From NCBI GenBank assembly GCA_003344405.1, contig NOWV01000013.1, positions 496,001-560,000 on the forward strand: 64,000 nucleotides of DNA. The letters run 5' to 3'. The notes beneath the pieces are model-generated. The model was not told the DNA's origin and ran no database searches. It was given only the letters and a program-made list of their open reading frames with translations. Origin of the DNA: Trichoplax sp. H2 (Eukaryota). The first letter of the stretch is position 1; the number at the start of each line of letters is the position of its first letter. Both the position numbers and the translations under genes were made by a program. Of the stretch, positions 37,401-52,400 are shown piece by piece.

Positions 37401-40400
37401 AATAAGTAACTCTATTAATAATTAATAATGTAAATTATCTTATATAGAGATAACGAATATCTATTACCTTCTTGTATACCATACTGCTCCGCAGGCGACG
37501 ATGATAGTGAAAATAACAGTACTAATAACAACGCTTATAGTAACAACTTGATTTTGATCTTAAATAGAAGAATTAATGTACAATAGTACGATAAGTATCA
37601 GTTTAACTCGTTATTAGATATATTATCGTAGTCTATATAATTTTGATATTCATGTGTAACGTATAGTTATAATACTGTATAAGGGTATTTAAGCATACGC
37701 TAGAGCTTTATACAAATGTGAAGTAATTAATATTTCGTTAGGTTAAAATTGTTAGTAGATATATATTTAATATATATGTGATCAGTGTAATTACCGCCTA
37801 GTTTAGCTAGTTCTATTGATATATTTCCTGCCCATGTACCATTACCAGCTAACGATGTCGCCCTGACGTCTATAATATAATAACCGCTTCTGCCTAATTT
37901 GATGCTGTAACCATTTGTTTCGTTATACTCAGAGGCAGGTATACATCTTGATTCCAACTAATAGAATTATTTAACAAACCATTCGTGTGAGAAGTCTTTT
38001 ATAGTTTTAAAAATTTAACAAGTAACGATATATTGTAAAATACGTATATATTACGAAGATAAAGTATATATAAGATGATAGAATTGGTACCTGATCGTGC
38101 TTAGTACCAGCCATGTAACGGGATTTATCGTCGAAACGATAAATTCTGATCTCGTACGCTAAAATATGACCACCATTAGGATTGATTGGTGGACTCCACA
38201 ACATTATAACTTCGTAACTTTCAGCGATTTTTCTGAATGATATATTTTTTATATCATCTCTTGTAACTAATTTATCATTAACGATAATTCATTATCAGAA
38301 TTATTAGTTACAATCATATAGTAACTACATAGTTCTGTAGCATACAAATTCAAAAATAGTTATTTTAGACCAAACACTATATCAATATACAAGACAATAC
38401 CTTCTGGTAGAGTTCTAACGTTATACAGATCTGTAGAAGAATCTTGTCCAGCTATAGGACATTTACTGTTACATGGAATAATCTATAATGAAGAGAATAG
38501 AATAATATAATACACTGATATATACATCGAGTACACGAGATGATTTATTTTATCGTTACTTGATGTTATTATAATGTAGTTACTGTAGATATACAAGTAA
38601 TTAAGAATTATATCGATAGCTAGTAAAAGAATGGTATACAATACTTACTGTTATTAAGTATTTAGTAAACGGATCGAGATTGTGTAATATTATGTATGTA
38701 TTACGAATATGTTTTTCTACTACTGGAAGCGGGGACGGAGTCGATGTCGATAGTAATGGGGTAGTTGCGATAGTGATACTACTTAGAGTCGAATTTCTAC
38801 TAGCAACGGTAGCGTTTTCTAAAGTGATATTCGTAGGTATAATTGTAGTTGCCGCAGCCGCTTCGGTCGTCAATACGGTGGCTGCTATTTCGGAATGCAC
38901 ATACATATACAGAGATAAATAACAATTAGTGCTATATATCGGTTAAGATACAAGTATATAAGAGCGAATAATACAGTAAATTATATATTATACCAGTTGT
39001 TGATATTGTTATATTTGCTGTTGATACAGTGCTGGGGGCAGGTGTCTTTTGGTAGAAAGCTATTTTATTAAGGTACTCGAAGAAATTTTGATCTTCCCTT
39101 CGGATATCAGTAATATCAGCTTGATTTATACTTGTGGTAGTAGTAGACAAACATGGACAGCTATTGTTTGCGCTAATTGTAGGTGTAGTCTTTATGTCGA
39201 TGCCAGGATTTACGACGATATTCGAATCCACATTGCCACTATCGGTGCAAACTTTACTTGGTAATATATCTTCTGCTATTAGTTGTTCGTATATTACTTT
39301 ATAAGTTATGTTAAGACCGTTAGGTGAAGATGGAGGATCCCATGAAATTCGGATTGATGATGGAGAAAGATTAATATATTCTACATTTCGAATCGGTGTC
39401 GGCTCTATAGTTGAGTTAAAATATTTTAATAATCGATATTCAGTGTTATATACTGTACGTGTAACTGTTTACTCAAACATGATACAAATATGAAAACGTA
39501 CTAGTAGAATATTTAGTGTAATCAAATGAAATATATAGATATAAAGTAGAATATTAATTAGCTAGTGTATTTAACTTAAATTAACGTTCTGTCACAATGA
39601 AACTTACGTAAATCTGGTACAGTGTAATATTTAATATTACTAATAGCACCGATATCGCTGATTGTTATGGTCTTAACATATACAGCATATATAGTATTCG
39701 CTTTCAAGTTCTTAATGGCGACAGTATTCTTGTCAGGAGCTATAATAATTTCCTGCCAACTAATCATATCAAAATTATATAATAGATATAAATAGATATT
39801 GTTACTTTATATGTGATATTTCTAATAATATTAATTTATAACAATGTAAAGGATTGACAGTAGAATAGTTTTTAGATTGGGTAATCGTTAGTAAGACTTA
39901 CACTTTAACTCCACAAGCATCAACGCCGTCATAAACTGTAAGATTAGTTGTAGTTCTGAAAATAAAATTGATTTCATATTTGTAGTTTGTAGAAATGTAT
40001 AATATAGGCGTGTGTACTGGGTTGTTGTTACTTTAACTTTCGTATAAGTATTGTACTTTGTCAGCTATTTTGTAATTTACTAATTCTAAATACTGTTCGG
40101 TGCAAGGATTGAATTTAGATTCTGTTAACTTACGTTGTTCTATAATACACAATATGATTTACTAGCATATTAGATCCTCCAAATTGATTGGAAGCAATCG
40201 GTTCCCAAGTTACATTTAAAGTAACTCGACGTCTATAATAGTTACTGTTGCCGTGAAAAACGGTTATATTAATAGGATAAATGATACCTAAAATCATTCA
40301 AAAAATATATTCAGTTAACTAGCTTCTTTTACCCTAAGAATTCTGTATAAGTTTATGAAAATACTTAAGTACTCGCTTTCTATATTTATTAGAGTTATAA

Positions 40401-43400
40401 CTAACAGTAAAACAGTAAATTTATTTAATTTTATACACAGCTAGAAAACTTATTTTAGACATACATTGATTTTGATCTCCGTTAGTTTGTCTAGGTACAT
40501 CTACGATAGAAGTTGTATTTTCTTGACCGATTTGTTTAGCTAATGTCATAATTTTATTGTAGCACAGACGCGGATTGAAATGGAAGAAGAGTTTTCCTCT
40601 TTTGACTTGTAATTTATGCTGTGATCTCTCAGTCCATAGATTTTCTAAATTTCGATTGTCAAATATAACAATCGCGTATCTATAGATGAGGTAGATTATG
40701 TTACTACACTATAAAATTCTATGAAACTTAAACATTTTATCGTATTTATTTTTTAGTATAAATAGCGAAGAAATACTTAAATAAGATTAATGTATTGTAA
40801 TTACTCGTATACTGATAATTTTAGTTAATTTATATTTATATCGTATTTTGTTGTATGATAAAATTAAATCCTTATTAACGAATAGAAATAGTAGATTACC
40901 CTTGTCCTGTTTTGTCAGCTCTTGCTAACTGTTTACCATGAATAATTTTTAATCTCTTCAAAAATTCTAAGCTGACGATCGAAGGTGTACTAGAAATATC
41001 AAGATAGCCTTCGATTTCTTCGACACTGCTAAGAGCATTTTCTAGTTCTTTTACTATATCTCCAGCTATATGTATATAAAAGATTATTTAAGGGTAAAAT
41101 AACCGTTATGATAATGAAATGAAATAGTAATATTAGAAGTAGTTACCAGTATTAAAATAAAAAAGAATTGTATCAAACTACCAAGAAATAACTTACAGCC
41201 ATAAGTAATTCGGATGATTAAGTTTCCCTTAAGTACAGTACATTCTCTTAAGTTTTGTAACTGATGATCGACGGATGATATTATAAGGTTTTTACCTTCT
41301 TTATCTTTTACTTCGCATTCTGAAATAGTAAAAGTTCTCGTTATTTCTTTATAGTAAATCATTATATATAGGTAGTCTGATGCTATATACATATTCGTAT
41401 AACTTGTCATCTAAGGAAGATTTTAAAGTATTTCATCGAGTATGATACTGTATATGTATAATTGTATATAAACGGATAAAGCGGGTATGAAAACATGGTG
41501 CATAATATAGGTATAAGTGTATAGGTATAGGTAAACTATTTGTATATTTTTTTAGTAGCATATTTCTAAATCATCTAAGTTATATCTGGACGTTTAACCA
41601 TTTGTATACCTCTCTTGCAGTTATTACAGACTACGCAGATTTTAGTTGATTCGTCTTCTGTCCATCCTATCGGACACTTTCGGACACATTTACGTGAATT
41701 TAAGTGTATATAATATCCCTGAAGACAACGTTCAAAGCAGTGGCCTTCCATCTACAAGGGTTGGCATACAAAAGTATGATGATATAATTAGTGCTTCCAT
41801 CGATTCTGTCATTAGAGGGCATTAACGCACAACGATAATTGCTCCGGATGTAACTAGTAGTTAAGCTATAATCAAACTGTTATTAACTTTAATTGATTAA
41901 CTAAATAGATAAGAAATAGATATAAGGTATTACAGCTGATTTATCAGATTGTACCTCAAAAGTATCAATAGGGCATCCTGTCCTACAAGTTCCATTGTAA
42001 TTCTGATGCCTACATACATAGCAATCCTTTGCTGAAGGACCAGAACAACCACCCAAGCACTGAAAGTGGCAGCACTTTCCATTACTATCGCAGCCAGATT
42101 CACCACAGTTATCGCATACTATTTAATATAGATTAACAATTTAAATTTAGAAAGATATATAAAACAAAACCTGATTATAACACTGTATAATGATGCTACC
42201 ACAATTAATGCTTGTATATATAAGGCCTTTTACTAGTATAATTACGTAAGACTAGCTCAATAATCCGTCGCTTATAGCTGACGATATGAACCTCTTCGCA
42301 CACAGTCCTAGTATGTACCCACTAATTTACTGCAGTCCCTTGCTGCATACAGTAACTAAAAGATTATCTGGGTATTAACGTATGTAACTTACTAATTTGA
42401 CAGTGTTCTGAATTCCAACAGTAGCCGTTGCATCTGCTAGGGCAAGAAGGACAATTTGCTCGTAAAGATTTAGCGATTACTTTATCCGGTGAATCATTTG
42501 TTCCCATTAAGCTTGACCATTTGATAGTGCTATGATAGCACATCTCGCGGTTCTGTTGGATTCGGACATTGCCACGTTGGATTCTAGTAAGAGATGGTAA
42601 TGCCATATCGAGCAGTTGGTTGTTAAAGTAGAAAAGTAAAGTAAATCCATAAAAGAATTGATTGCCACGTATTACACGAAGATTTGGGAACATTAAACTC
42701 AATGAAGTTAATTGTTTTCCGGCTACTAAATTAAATACTAGAGATCCGGTAATCTCGCGTAATTCAGGATAAGTGGTTACATTGACCTCAGCTGGCGTGT
42801 TCATTCGATACATAATAATGAAAACTGATCCAATGTAAACTGTGCAACCTTTTAAAACATGGGCATCTCTGACAAATTTAAGCTGTAGACCATCGCCGGT
42901 AGGATCGTGGCAGGCTGTTTGAGAGAAAATAGCGTCAATACCATAAAGTCGCAGATTATATCTCTAATACAGTAGTGGTTTTGTTATAATTTGCAAGAGC
43001 TGTTACGTTATGCAATAGGATATCATACTTTAAAGTGTGTAGACAAATAAATAAATAAAATTTCATTAGGAATTGTAGACAACTAAATTCGTAATTGAAA
43101 TAATACAAGGATGTACTATGCACTTATAAGCATGATAAAATAGGCATAAGGAAATAGGAATCTAATTTATACGATAGGGAAATAGAATCAGTAGATTGAA
43201 TACTTAAGCGATAGGGTTCCGTAACTGCAAGGTAATTAAATCAAGAAGCCGAAAATGATGCTTTGAGCATACATTACAAAATATTGTTAATCTGCCATGT
43301 ATATAACATATATATATGTCAGATACAGAATAATGTAGTAACAAACACCGTTTATTTTATGCTTACATGACAAAGTGAGATTATTCTTTCATTCAATAGA

Positions 43401-45100
43401 CTACTACTTTACTGTTGGTCTATATCTAGAGAACATGTAGGGTGCATAGGAAAAAAATTAATACACAATAATCCTTGACTATTCAGCAGGCCTAAGAAAA
43501 ATATATTATCGGATAAATTAATTGGTGGTCAAATTTTTGGCCTACTTTTTATTGTCAATAACTATAACTGATTTCTAATACTCGCCTTAGCAACTAGTTA
43601 ATTTTTTCTTCGACCTATAATTGACCTTTTCAAGCTTATGATCGGTTAAAATACAGTAATGGCGCAATATTTTTATTACAAACTATACTGTAATTACACC
43701 GTACAGTCTGCTTGACGAGGATGATTTTATAGAAAAGAATTACTATACAATGAATACCTTACTATACAGTATGCTCGGTGTACACTGTACACTACAATAC
43801 AGATAGTTTTAATAAACGTTTATGTATATTAATAATTTGGAATTAAGTGCTATAAATACTTGCTTTAAAAAATTATAATGATATATGCTGGAATTGAAAG
43901 AATAATTGTAAGAATTGTTTATGAGCCTCATTATTAACTTAGTCATTTTCTAAGAAATAAAATGTGAATAATTTTTAAAATATAATTGTTTTCATTTATG
44001 GGAGTAGTGCATTCCTGCCTGAAAATTTAAATATATATGAGAATAAATATATCTATAATTACGATAATTGATTTTAGCGGCCTTCAGTACTGAATAATTA
44101 TTTTTCAAAGTGAAAGAAACTGAAATTAATTTTAATTTCCCTTGCTCTGCTATTCAACGTAATAGCTCAAATCACGAATTTTACTCTACTTGAACAGCTA
44201 TAAGGTTTTACTGGTAATGCTATAATTCCTTCTAAGCATATTCTGATAGTTATTTTTATGTTAAAAATGTTGATCCAGTTGGAGAGCTAAAAAAGTCTAA
44301 AAATGCAGGTATAAAGTATCAATTTTAGTACCAAGTGTTACTACATTAATGTAGAACGTTCTTTCCTCAAGCAATCAATTAAAGGGCTGGAAAAAGGGAT
44401 ATGATGTATTTATATAACATACAGAGCAGCTAGAGAACATTGCAGAATGGAGTAGAACTTATCGGCTTAATATCACAGTAATAAAGTTTAACAGACTTTT
44501 CACATTAATTGTATGATGACTTTGGTAGACGGGCTAAATAGAAATGCTTGTACTTTGTGTGCTAAATTGTAAGGTACATATATACGAAATGTTTCTTTCG
44601 TTGTATCACACAATGAACGTAATATTATATCTATCAATCGTAATATTTTAATCACAAAATAGAATGAGTGGTAGTTATATTTACTGTACTATACTTTATG
44701 GGTTTGGATAAAATCTTGATGATCTAATAGGAAGAAATTACGTTTTAAGACTAAGCTTATTACGTCATTGTATGTATATTAGCTTTAAAATGTTTCATTT
44801 TAAAATGAGTACTTTAACTGATCTGATTGCTTAGTGGATAGGATAAAGGCAAAAAATAGAAAAAAAATGAATATAGCAGGTAAGAAAAATTGTTAAAAAA
44901 TTTTACGAAAGCTACTATTAGTCTATATTGGTCATGTAGATGGTTGCGATAATTTAAATTGCAAACATCAAGCGTATTAAGAGTAATGGTATCTTGATTA
45001 TGTCGTTACCTTTTGTAGGTATTAGACAATCGACCGCTTGTAGATTAATATAGGCGATGGTAATGAGAGAAATTAATTTCGCGACTACTGGATACTTCAT
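34449..45100 (-). CDS. INSR: Insulin/IGF receptor-family tyrosine kinase, paralog A (downstream copy), >20 exons
   Basis: Signal peptide exon 45100-45010 (MKYPVVAKL...). Then L1 (FPNLRVIRG), furin-like Cys-rich region, L2 (FFHFNPRLC), FnIII x3 ([17 protein letters not shown]), TM, NPNY, and kinase [37 protein letters not shown]-tail ends at 34449. Confidence 0.93.
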
Positions 45101-47357
45101 CTTCTTCCAGAGAGTAATTTGATTTTATTCAAAATTTTGATATACGAGTACTCGTACGTTGTACAGAAGAAATTCTTCAGTGCTAACTTTCGATCATCTG
45201 GATATACGATTCTAGAGTATATAAAAAAAAGAATATCGCTATGAAAATCCTTGCTGTTATGTAGTAATCCTAAATGACAGTAACAACTCTTGTAAGCATA
45301 CAGGCTTACGTATACCTGCGATATGTATTATTATTTACGAGATGTTGTCTTAATCAGACATCAGATTTTAGGACTAATGGACTAATTTTCTATAAAAAAA
45401 GTATGTAGAAGCAGGTTATAACATATACAGTACTGTTCACTATCCAATTTATAATGCTTTATGACGTCGCCAGTACTTATCGTATTTATAACCTTTAATT
45501 AAAGTAAAATCAAATTCATATTCTTATTAAAAGTACCTAGCATGTCACTCTTTTATCCTACTGTAAATTACCATACTACCGTCAATACGATTTCAGGTCG
45601 TTGTTTTTTCTAGCAATTGCAAACAGTTGCAGCCATAATACTGTATGCTCGTTTTTTTCTACACTACAGCATGCAGAGTACAGTATGATATTTTTTACAT
45701 CTCATCAGGTAAACGTACGACATTAGTACGGGATCTGTCAAGAATTTGTTTATTCATTCTTAGGGGTCTTGGAAATCGCCGCCATGGTCCCTTTTGAACC
45801 TGTGATCTTATTTGTACACTTATGGATAGCATCTAGAAAAGATGGCTTAGTTGGCCCATTGTCGGGGGGCATTGGCTCTCTACAGTATCATCAATAAATT
45901 GAGCGTTTTGTCTCCAATATTGTTATCTTTTTGGCATAACGAGTAAATTCAAACAAACTATATTGCCCTATTGGTACGTCATAAACTAGCTAGTCATTCT
46001 ATATTTTTCATTATTTTTGTAATGTAATAAGGTACTACTTTAGAAATACCCGTACTTCACCAAATTCACTATCGATACTGCTGTCTTGTCCTTTAGCGTT
46101 ATCTTGTTAATAATTACTAGTAGAACTCCTGCTCATGATACTTGACGTTCTGTGCAGTGTGGAATATACTGTATAGATCAATACAGTATAGACTATCAAC
46201 TTACAATTTTACCGATAGTTCTATTAAAGTATCAGAATTTTGAATAAGCACTGTAGCAAGATCTCCAAAAGCCAAACTATTTCCTTATCCAGAGCCTCTG
46301 GACTTCTGCGATCAAGGCATCTTCGTTACGACGAAAGGTCCCCCACCCCAAAACATTGGGCTTATGGGTCAAAATTATTTTCTAAATAGGTGTGAAGAAT
46401 GATGCTGGCTGGTTGGTGAGCAGTAGAACAACAGCGATCTCTAAATTACCAATTCATTTACGACTTACAGAATGATAACATTAGAGTAAATTTGTAACCA
46501 AGACAATCTACTACGATACAGAACAGTGAAGTATCCCACGAACAAGTTGTACTAATGGATCACCAATTAAAAATTAGAGTTCACTTAAATCATCAAAAAG
46601 TAATTTCAATTCATTTGGCTGGAAATTATGCTATAATGGATTGTAATTGTCAATTTGCTAGTCGCACAGTATTTACAATAAGAGAAATATTTTTATGCGT
46701 CCAACTCACGTATCCGTAGATTTATAAAACTGTGCCTATTCGTTCAATTTCATCTCGACTCATTTTACGGTAGTACTCCATCAATTTCAGGCTGGACTAG
46801 GCTTGACATAAGGCCCCGCAGGTTTACGATAACTTCTTGCTATCCTTGGGTGTAAATGCTCAATCATATCATGCATTATGTACTCATAAACATATACTGT
46901 ATACAGTATGCTGTGCGAGTGCAGCTAGTGAGCACTATACTGTATCTGTATGTATGGAATAAATAAATAATAAAATTATATGTACATACACGTTACTGTA
47001 CAGCAGAGGAATTAATCCCTTTAAGAGAAAAAAATTTCAAATTTTTTCATCACTCTAATTACGTAAAGCATCAACTTTATTTTACTGTACTGTAGTGGAG
47101 GATGGGGGAAAATCCCAAAAGAATGTGCTGTTGGCTATCATGTTCAGTACAAGATAAGATAGTTCCAGACACTTACTTACCTGCACAGGACAAACATACA
47201 GTTTGTAAACCATATCTCAGACAGCTATTACACTCTTGTAAACAGGCCCGGATCCCCAACATTGCATTGGTTGAACACTTGAATTAGGATAGCGTTTTCT
47301 GCCCAATACTGAAACACGGAAATATTACAGCAACTCCTAAAATAGCGTTAGAGCAGT

Positions 47358-47799
47358 TGTCACGGTACGAACTACCGTGAAGAAATAGCTATCTAAATTT
47401 GGTTAATATAATATAGTGATAATATATTACAACTAGTTACTTACAGTAGGAATTACTCTAATTATAAATGTGTTACAGTAAATTTAATGCTGTGCTGTAA
47501 TGTGTACTGAAATGATTCTGTGAATGGACATATTGTAGTCCGACTGTGAAAAATTAGTTAGTAGATGTTCTCACCTAAGTATTTTTATAAGATGACTCGT
47601 GAATGTTAGCTGCTGTAGAAGGGTATATAAGCCCGTCAGATAGTTGAATAAAGCAGTTCTCAATTGTCTAGTTGAGTTTAACGTAGAATCAAAGGCGTCT
47701 AAATTCTTATGGGGTAGTTAAAGGATACTGAATCCCGGAGACTATAGTAATTTAGAGATTTGTTTTACGTTATCCTTGTCACGAAGCTGGTTTGTAACA
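47358..47799 (-). mobile_element. Solo LTR-like element, copy C (442 bp), between the two receptor genes
   Basis: On the minus strand begins TGTTACAAACCAGCTTC and ends GTTCGTACCGTGACA. Flanks GCAGT (47353-47357) and GTAGT (47800-47804) are a 4/5 TSD match. High identity to 79-280. Confidence 0.8.
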
Positions 47800-49471
47800 G
47801 TAGTAAAAATAAATTGCACAGATTGAACTGAGATATTTGTACTGTACCAATTTTCTCTATTTTTAATTTAAGAGTTCATCACCAGTGCCCAGTGCGGTGT
47901 ATAGAAAAAGGCAGGACTAAAGGTCAGTCTTAAAATAATTAATTAATTAATTAATTAATAATTTTGAAGAAATTAATAATTTATATCGAGATAAACTGCT
48001 ATTATGCTTTTCTTTTTTACTTATAGCGCACCAAGACCAAGGAGGGCTCCTTTTTCTGCCTTCAATTTCCTATGCGAACAATAATATTGCACAACGTACA
48101 AGCAGATATTGCAACATGGAGCAGTGAAGCCGTAATAAGACCTTTTCACAATGTGATGGAACATCGAGGAATGTATTTCGTAAAATAACGTTAGCTGTGG
48201 CACGTATAAACTTCATATTGTCTGTTATCGTCTCATTTAACTGAACCTAACTTTCAAAAATTTAATTCACAATCTATAATTATACGCTAGAAACTGAAAC
48301 GAGGGACTAAGATATTTCCGCGACTTTAGTTAATGTAATTTTTTTTCCCTTATCTTGATATCTTTATAACTTCTTTAGTACAGATTTCTCTTCTAACCAC
48401 AGCAATAAAATGAAATGCATTATTATGCGTAGTACTATAGTATACTAGCTTATCATGCCAGCTTTTGATCAAGGTGAAGTCAAGGGTGCACGTAAAAAGA
48501 CAATTCTAGATAAAATGAATATTTGCTTGCTGTCATGTCAGCAGCACCTCGTATCAAGCAAAGTAAAATAAAGAAATAATATAGCATCCTTAATGTAATA
48601 ATATTTATTTACGAATACTAATCTAAATTTATTATACGTACATGGCTAACCAAAGCTTTCGTATTAATTTAGGTTACAATTAAATCAAATAAGTAGATTA
48701 TTAACATTACAGCAATTACGAATAACATTTCTATAGAATAAATTTGCTTATATTGTTAACCAACAACTACAATTCAAGTTAAGAATTTATTCCCGTTTAC
48801 CCTATATCGCTAAGCACGTTATTGTATTCACAACGAGTTACCGGTACAATATATCAAGATAATAAAAACAATGATATATTGTGATTGCCAATTATTGCCA
48901 TAGCAGAAGCAATAGGGTTCAGTTCACATATCATCAAATGCATATTTACAACTTGTATTATATACTATATACTCTAATATATTAGAAGAATATTGTAACA
49001 GATTAAAGAGCTCCATACAACGAATTAATTTTACTACCTATTTATAAGCTAAAGGAAATTGAAGATAGCAAAGAATCGAATAAAATAGACCAATAAATGA
49101 TATTAGATTAAAAATCTTAAAATAAAAGTTATAGGGAGCAAACAAAGCCTCCGGCAGCTGAGGTACGTAGTAAAGTATTTGCAATCAATTACAGTAATGA
49201 ATTAAAAATTTAGTTTATAATAATATATCCACGCCGGCAGTAATAACTTGGAGTGTTACAGTACACTAATTAAGAGAGCAATACATAAATACTATTTTCA
49301 GAAATTAGTTAAAAAATTTTTGTAACAAATAAGAGAAAAGCATTCAAATGCCTAGTGGAAACTGGGAAAATTTTATGCTAAAATTTTTAGCCCTTTTTAT
49401 TAAATTAATGCAATGAAATCATGGATTTATTGCACTAGTTACGTAAGTAATCACATGGCTTACGTAGTGAA

Positions 49472-52400
49472 CTATAACTTGCTCACACGAACATTTCTTG
49501 TACTACCAAATGTATGAGGTTTTTCACGCTCTCTTAGCGTATTATTCGTAACCACAACACACGGGGTAGATTTGCTAACTTCACGATTTTTGCCAAATTC
49601 TTGCCGCTGCAGTATAGTAGAATCACGGGATGCGGTAATAGTTTGAATAATAGAACCACTGCCATGCTGACTGTTTAAGACTTTCTTATTAAGTATTAAA
49701 TTTTTACTGGAAATTTGATCGTTGCTGCTTTCGCTGGTACTTTTTCTCGAGATACTACTGCTGCTACGGGTGGTACCTGATAAACTGTCATATCTTTCGT
49801 TATTAATCGAGTTCGCACTGTTAGCAGTGTCTCTAATTTCCAATCCTAGTGCAGCTGCTCGTTCTTTCTCCGCATTTCTCGTCTCATCTTTCATTGCAGC
49901 TTCAGCGCACTCCTCTGAGTGATAATAGGATATTTCTTGAAAGGATTCTGGCAAGTCGGGAAGTAACAAGGCGATAATTTCTCGAAATCTTGGTCTTAAC
50001 TTTGGCTGAAACTGCGTACACGCAACCATGAGGCGGTACCTAAGATAGTTAAAATATAATATTATGGACATTTGCTAAGATAAGAAAGGCAACGAGGATA
50101 GACATTAAAAATATATATAAAGCATTAAAATATAGATCATTTACAATTTGTCAGAGCAATAAGGTGGCCTTTCTAAGCCTCCACCATCTAAAACGTATTT
50201 TAAAACATCCTCATTCGACTTTCCGGGATACGGTTGTTCGGAAAGAGTAGCAATTTCCCAAAGTACTACGCCATAGGACCTTTAAAATTTTAATAGTAAA
50301 TGGCTAAATTAAAATTACGCCCGTATATTAGACCAAATATTTAATGTCTAACCACGGTTTGTAACAAAGAATATTTTGATGCATCTTACCATACATCTGT
50401 TGCTGATGTAAAAACACCGTCTCGTAAGGATTCTGGTGGCATCCAACGAACAGGCAACATTCCTATATTCAAGTTATAATTCGCATTAATACTTTTAAAT
50501 GTTATATAACTGATTCTATTGGCGGTTTGTAAGGATACAATCGTAATAAAATAAGGACTCGTATTTTCGTACCCTTTCCACCTTTACGGTAATAGTCACT
50601 GGCGTAAACGTCGCGTGTCATGCCAAAATCTGAGAGGCACGAAATGTTGAAATTTAAAATTAAGAAATTTTTTTACGTTATTAATAAACTCTTTAAGTAT
50701 TTTAATTCAAACAATTAGGCAGTGTTCTTACCTCCGATCTTTACGATAAAATCTCCGGAAACCATGCAATTACGCGCCGCTAAGTCTCTAATTAATACAT
50801 AAGTAGTAAACTGGATATAAATTGCATAAATGACGATAACTACATAATATTTACTATTAATATTTCAAAACTGATGCTAAAACGTAGCGACTTATAGTTG
50901 ATTTCGTTTTAAAATAATAACAGAATATCAAGCCCTTACAAAGAATTCGTTCCTAGAAATAGATTAATTTTATACAAATTTGAAAACTACGCGCAACCAA
51001 CCTGTGTACAAATTTTTTATCACTTAGATACAACATTCCATCGGCTATTTCGGCCGCCATTTTATGAAATTGTACATCGGAAGGTCGGTTAGGATTGGGT
51101 TTCAAGTACTATACATTTTCAAAGGTCGTATAAATTGGAATAATTTTAACTCAAAATTCTTTATAAAATCTCATTAGATAATTTAATATATGATTATACG
51201 TATACATGTATATTGCTGCCTACATAATCTGGGCTATCAGCATCTTCTCGAAGCGATCTTAAATGATTTTTTAAATCGCCGTTAGCCATTAACTCCATAA
51301 TAACTAAAGGTGGAAGTCCTTGCGAAACGATTCCAAGCAATCGGACCACATGATTACAATCAAATTGCCTACGATTATCCCAACATAGGACCAAAATTTA
51401 GTAAGTAGAGGAGCAATAATGTAATTACAGCATTTATGCATAGTATTTACGGATATGTGTGCATTCGTATTATATCATATCGCACTAATTAATAATTTGC
51501 AAACGTAATAGAAGGTGTAAAATATTACTTCATAATACAAGCTTCATTTAGAAACTCCTGGCGCTCTCGGAAACTAGCTTTCTCGTTCACCGTCTACGAT
51601 AAAAATGAAATAATCAATTACTATGATAATCATTTCTGACTGGTAAAATGGACTTTGTATGGTTAATATGGTTATCGATTGGTATACTTAACTGACCTTT
51701 ACAGCTACTTTTGTTTTTAGTTCTCCATAAATAATATCAGCAGCTTCACCAAGATATACCATACCGAACGCACCTTTACCTAATTCCTTCAATAGCGCTA
51801 TTTTTTCACGTTCAAACTCCCAATCATCAGGAATATAAACTATAATAGTTACAATAGATAAGCATTAGTGATATGAAATAAATAGTAATCATTCCGATAG
51901 GTTCATATGAAATTATCTCTTGTTACTTTTTATTAACTTAATGAATGAAAATATATATACAGTACGTATAGAAAACAATCTTACCATCTGCAGCATTCAT
52001 ATAATCGGGGTTGATTGATTCTATAAATTCTTTGTGCTTTTGCTTAAATCTGAGTAAATATTGCCAAGTTAATGAAGAGTTTTAGTATAGTTCATAAGGT
52101 AATAGTCTAATTTACCGTCTTCTTAGGTAGTACCATATCCCTCCACCGGCAGTTAGGATAACAAAAACTGCAGCACTAACAATAGAGGCTACGGTAATGA
52201 CCTGAGCTCGAGCTTCGAGTAATAAAGGAAGAGATTTAATTTTCCAATAAAGACATATGAAATATATAGTAATGCAGTAGGGTACCGTTACATCATAAAC
52301 TCATCATATACCTTACAGAAACTGCTTAGAATTTAGTCATTAGTAAAATTTATTGTTTAGAGTAGAAAGTAATCAGTTGCGACATCACATTTTACCTTCT

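Noticed and set aside
40175-40250. YYRRRV in paralog A FnIII-1 as a relocated furin site
   Set aside because: It is not R-x-x-R, it lies within a folded FnIII domain, and it is not kept as such in paralog B (YSYRKI).
49722-49922. Plus-strand ORFs antisense to receptor exons (also 36215, 38680, 39049, 39308, 53271, 55176)
   Set aside because: Shadow frames of real coding exons with no independent support.
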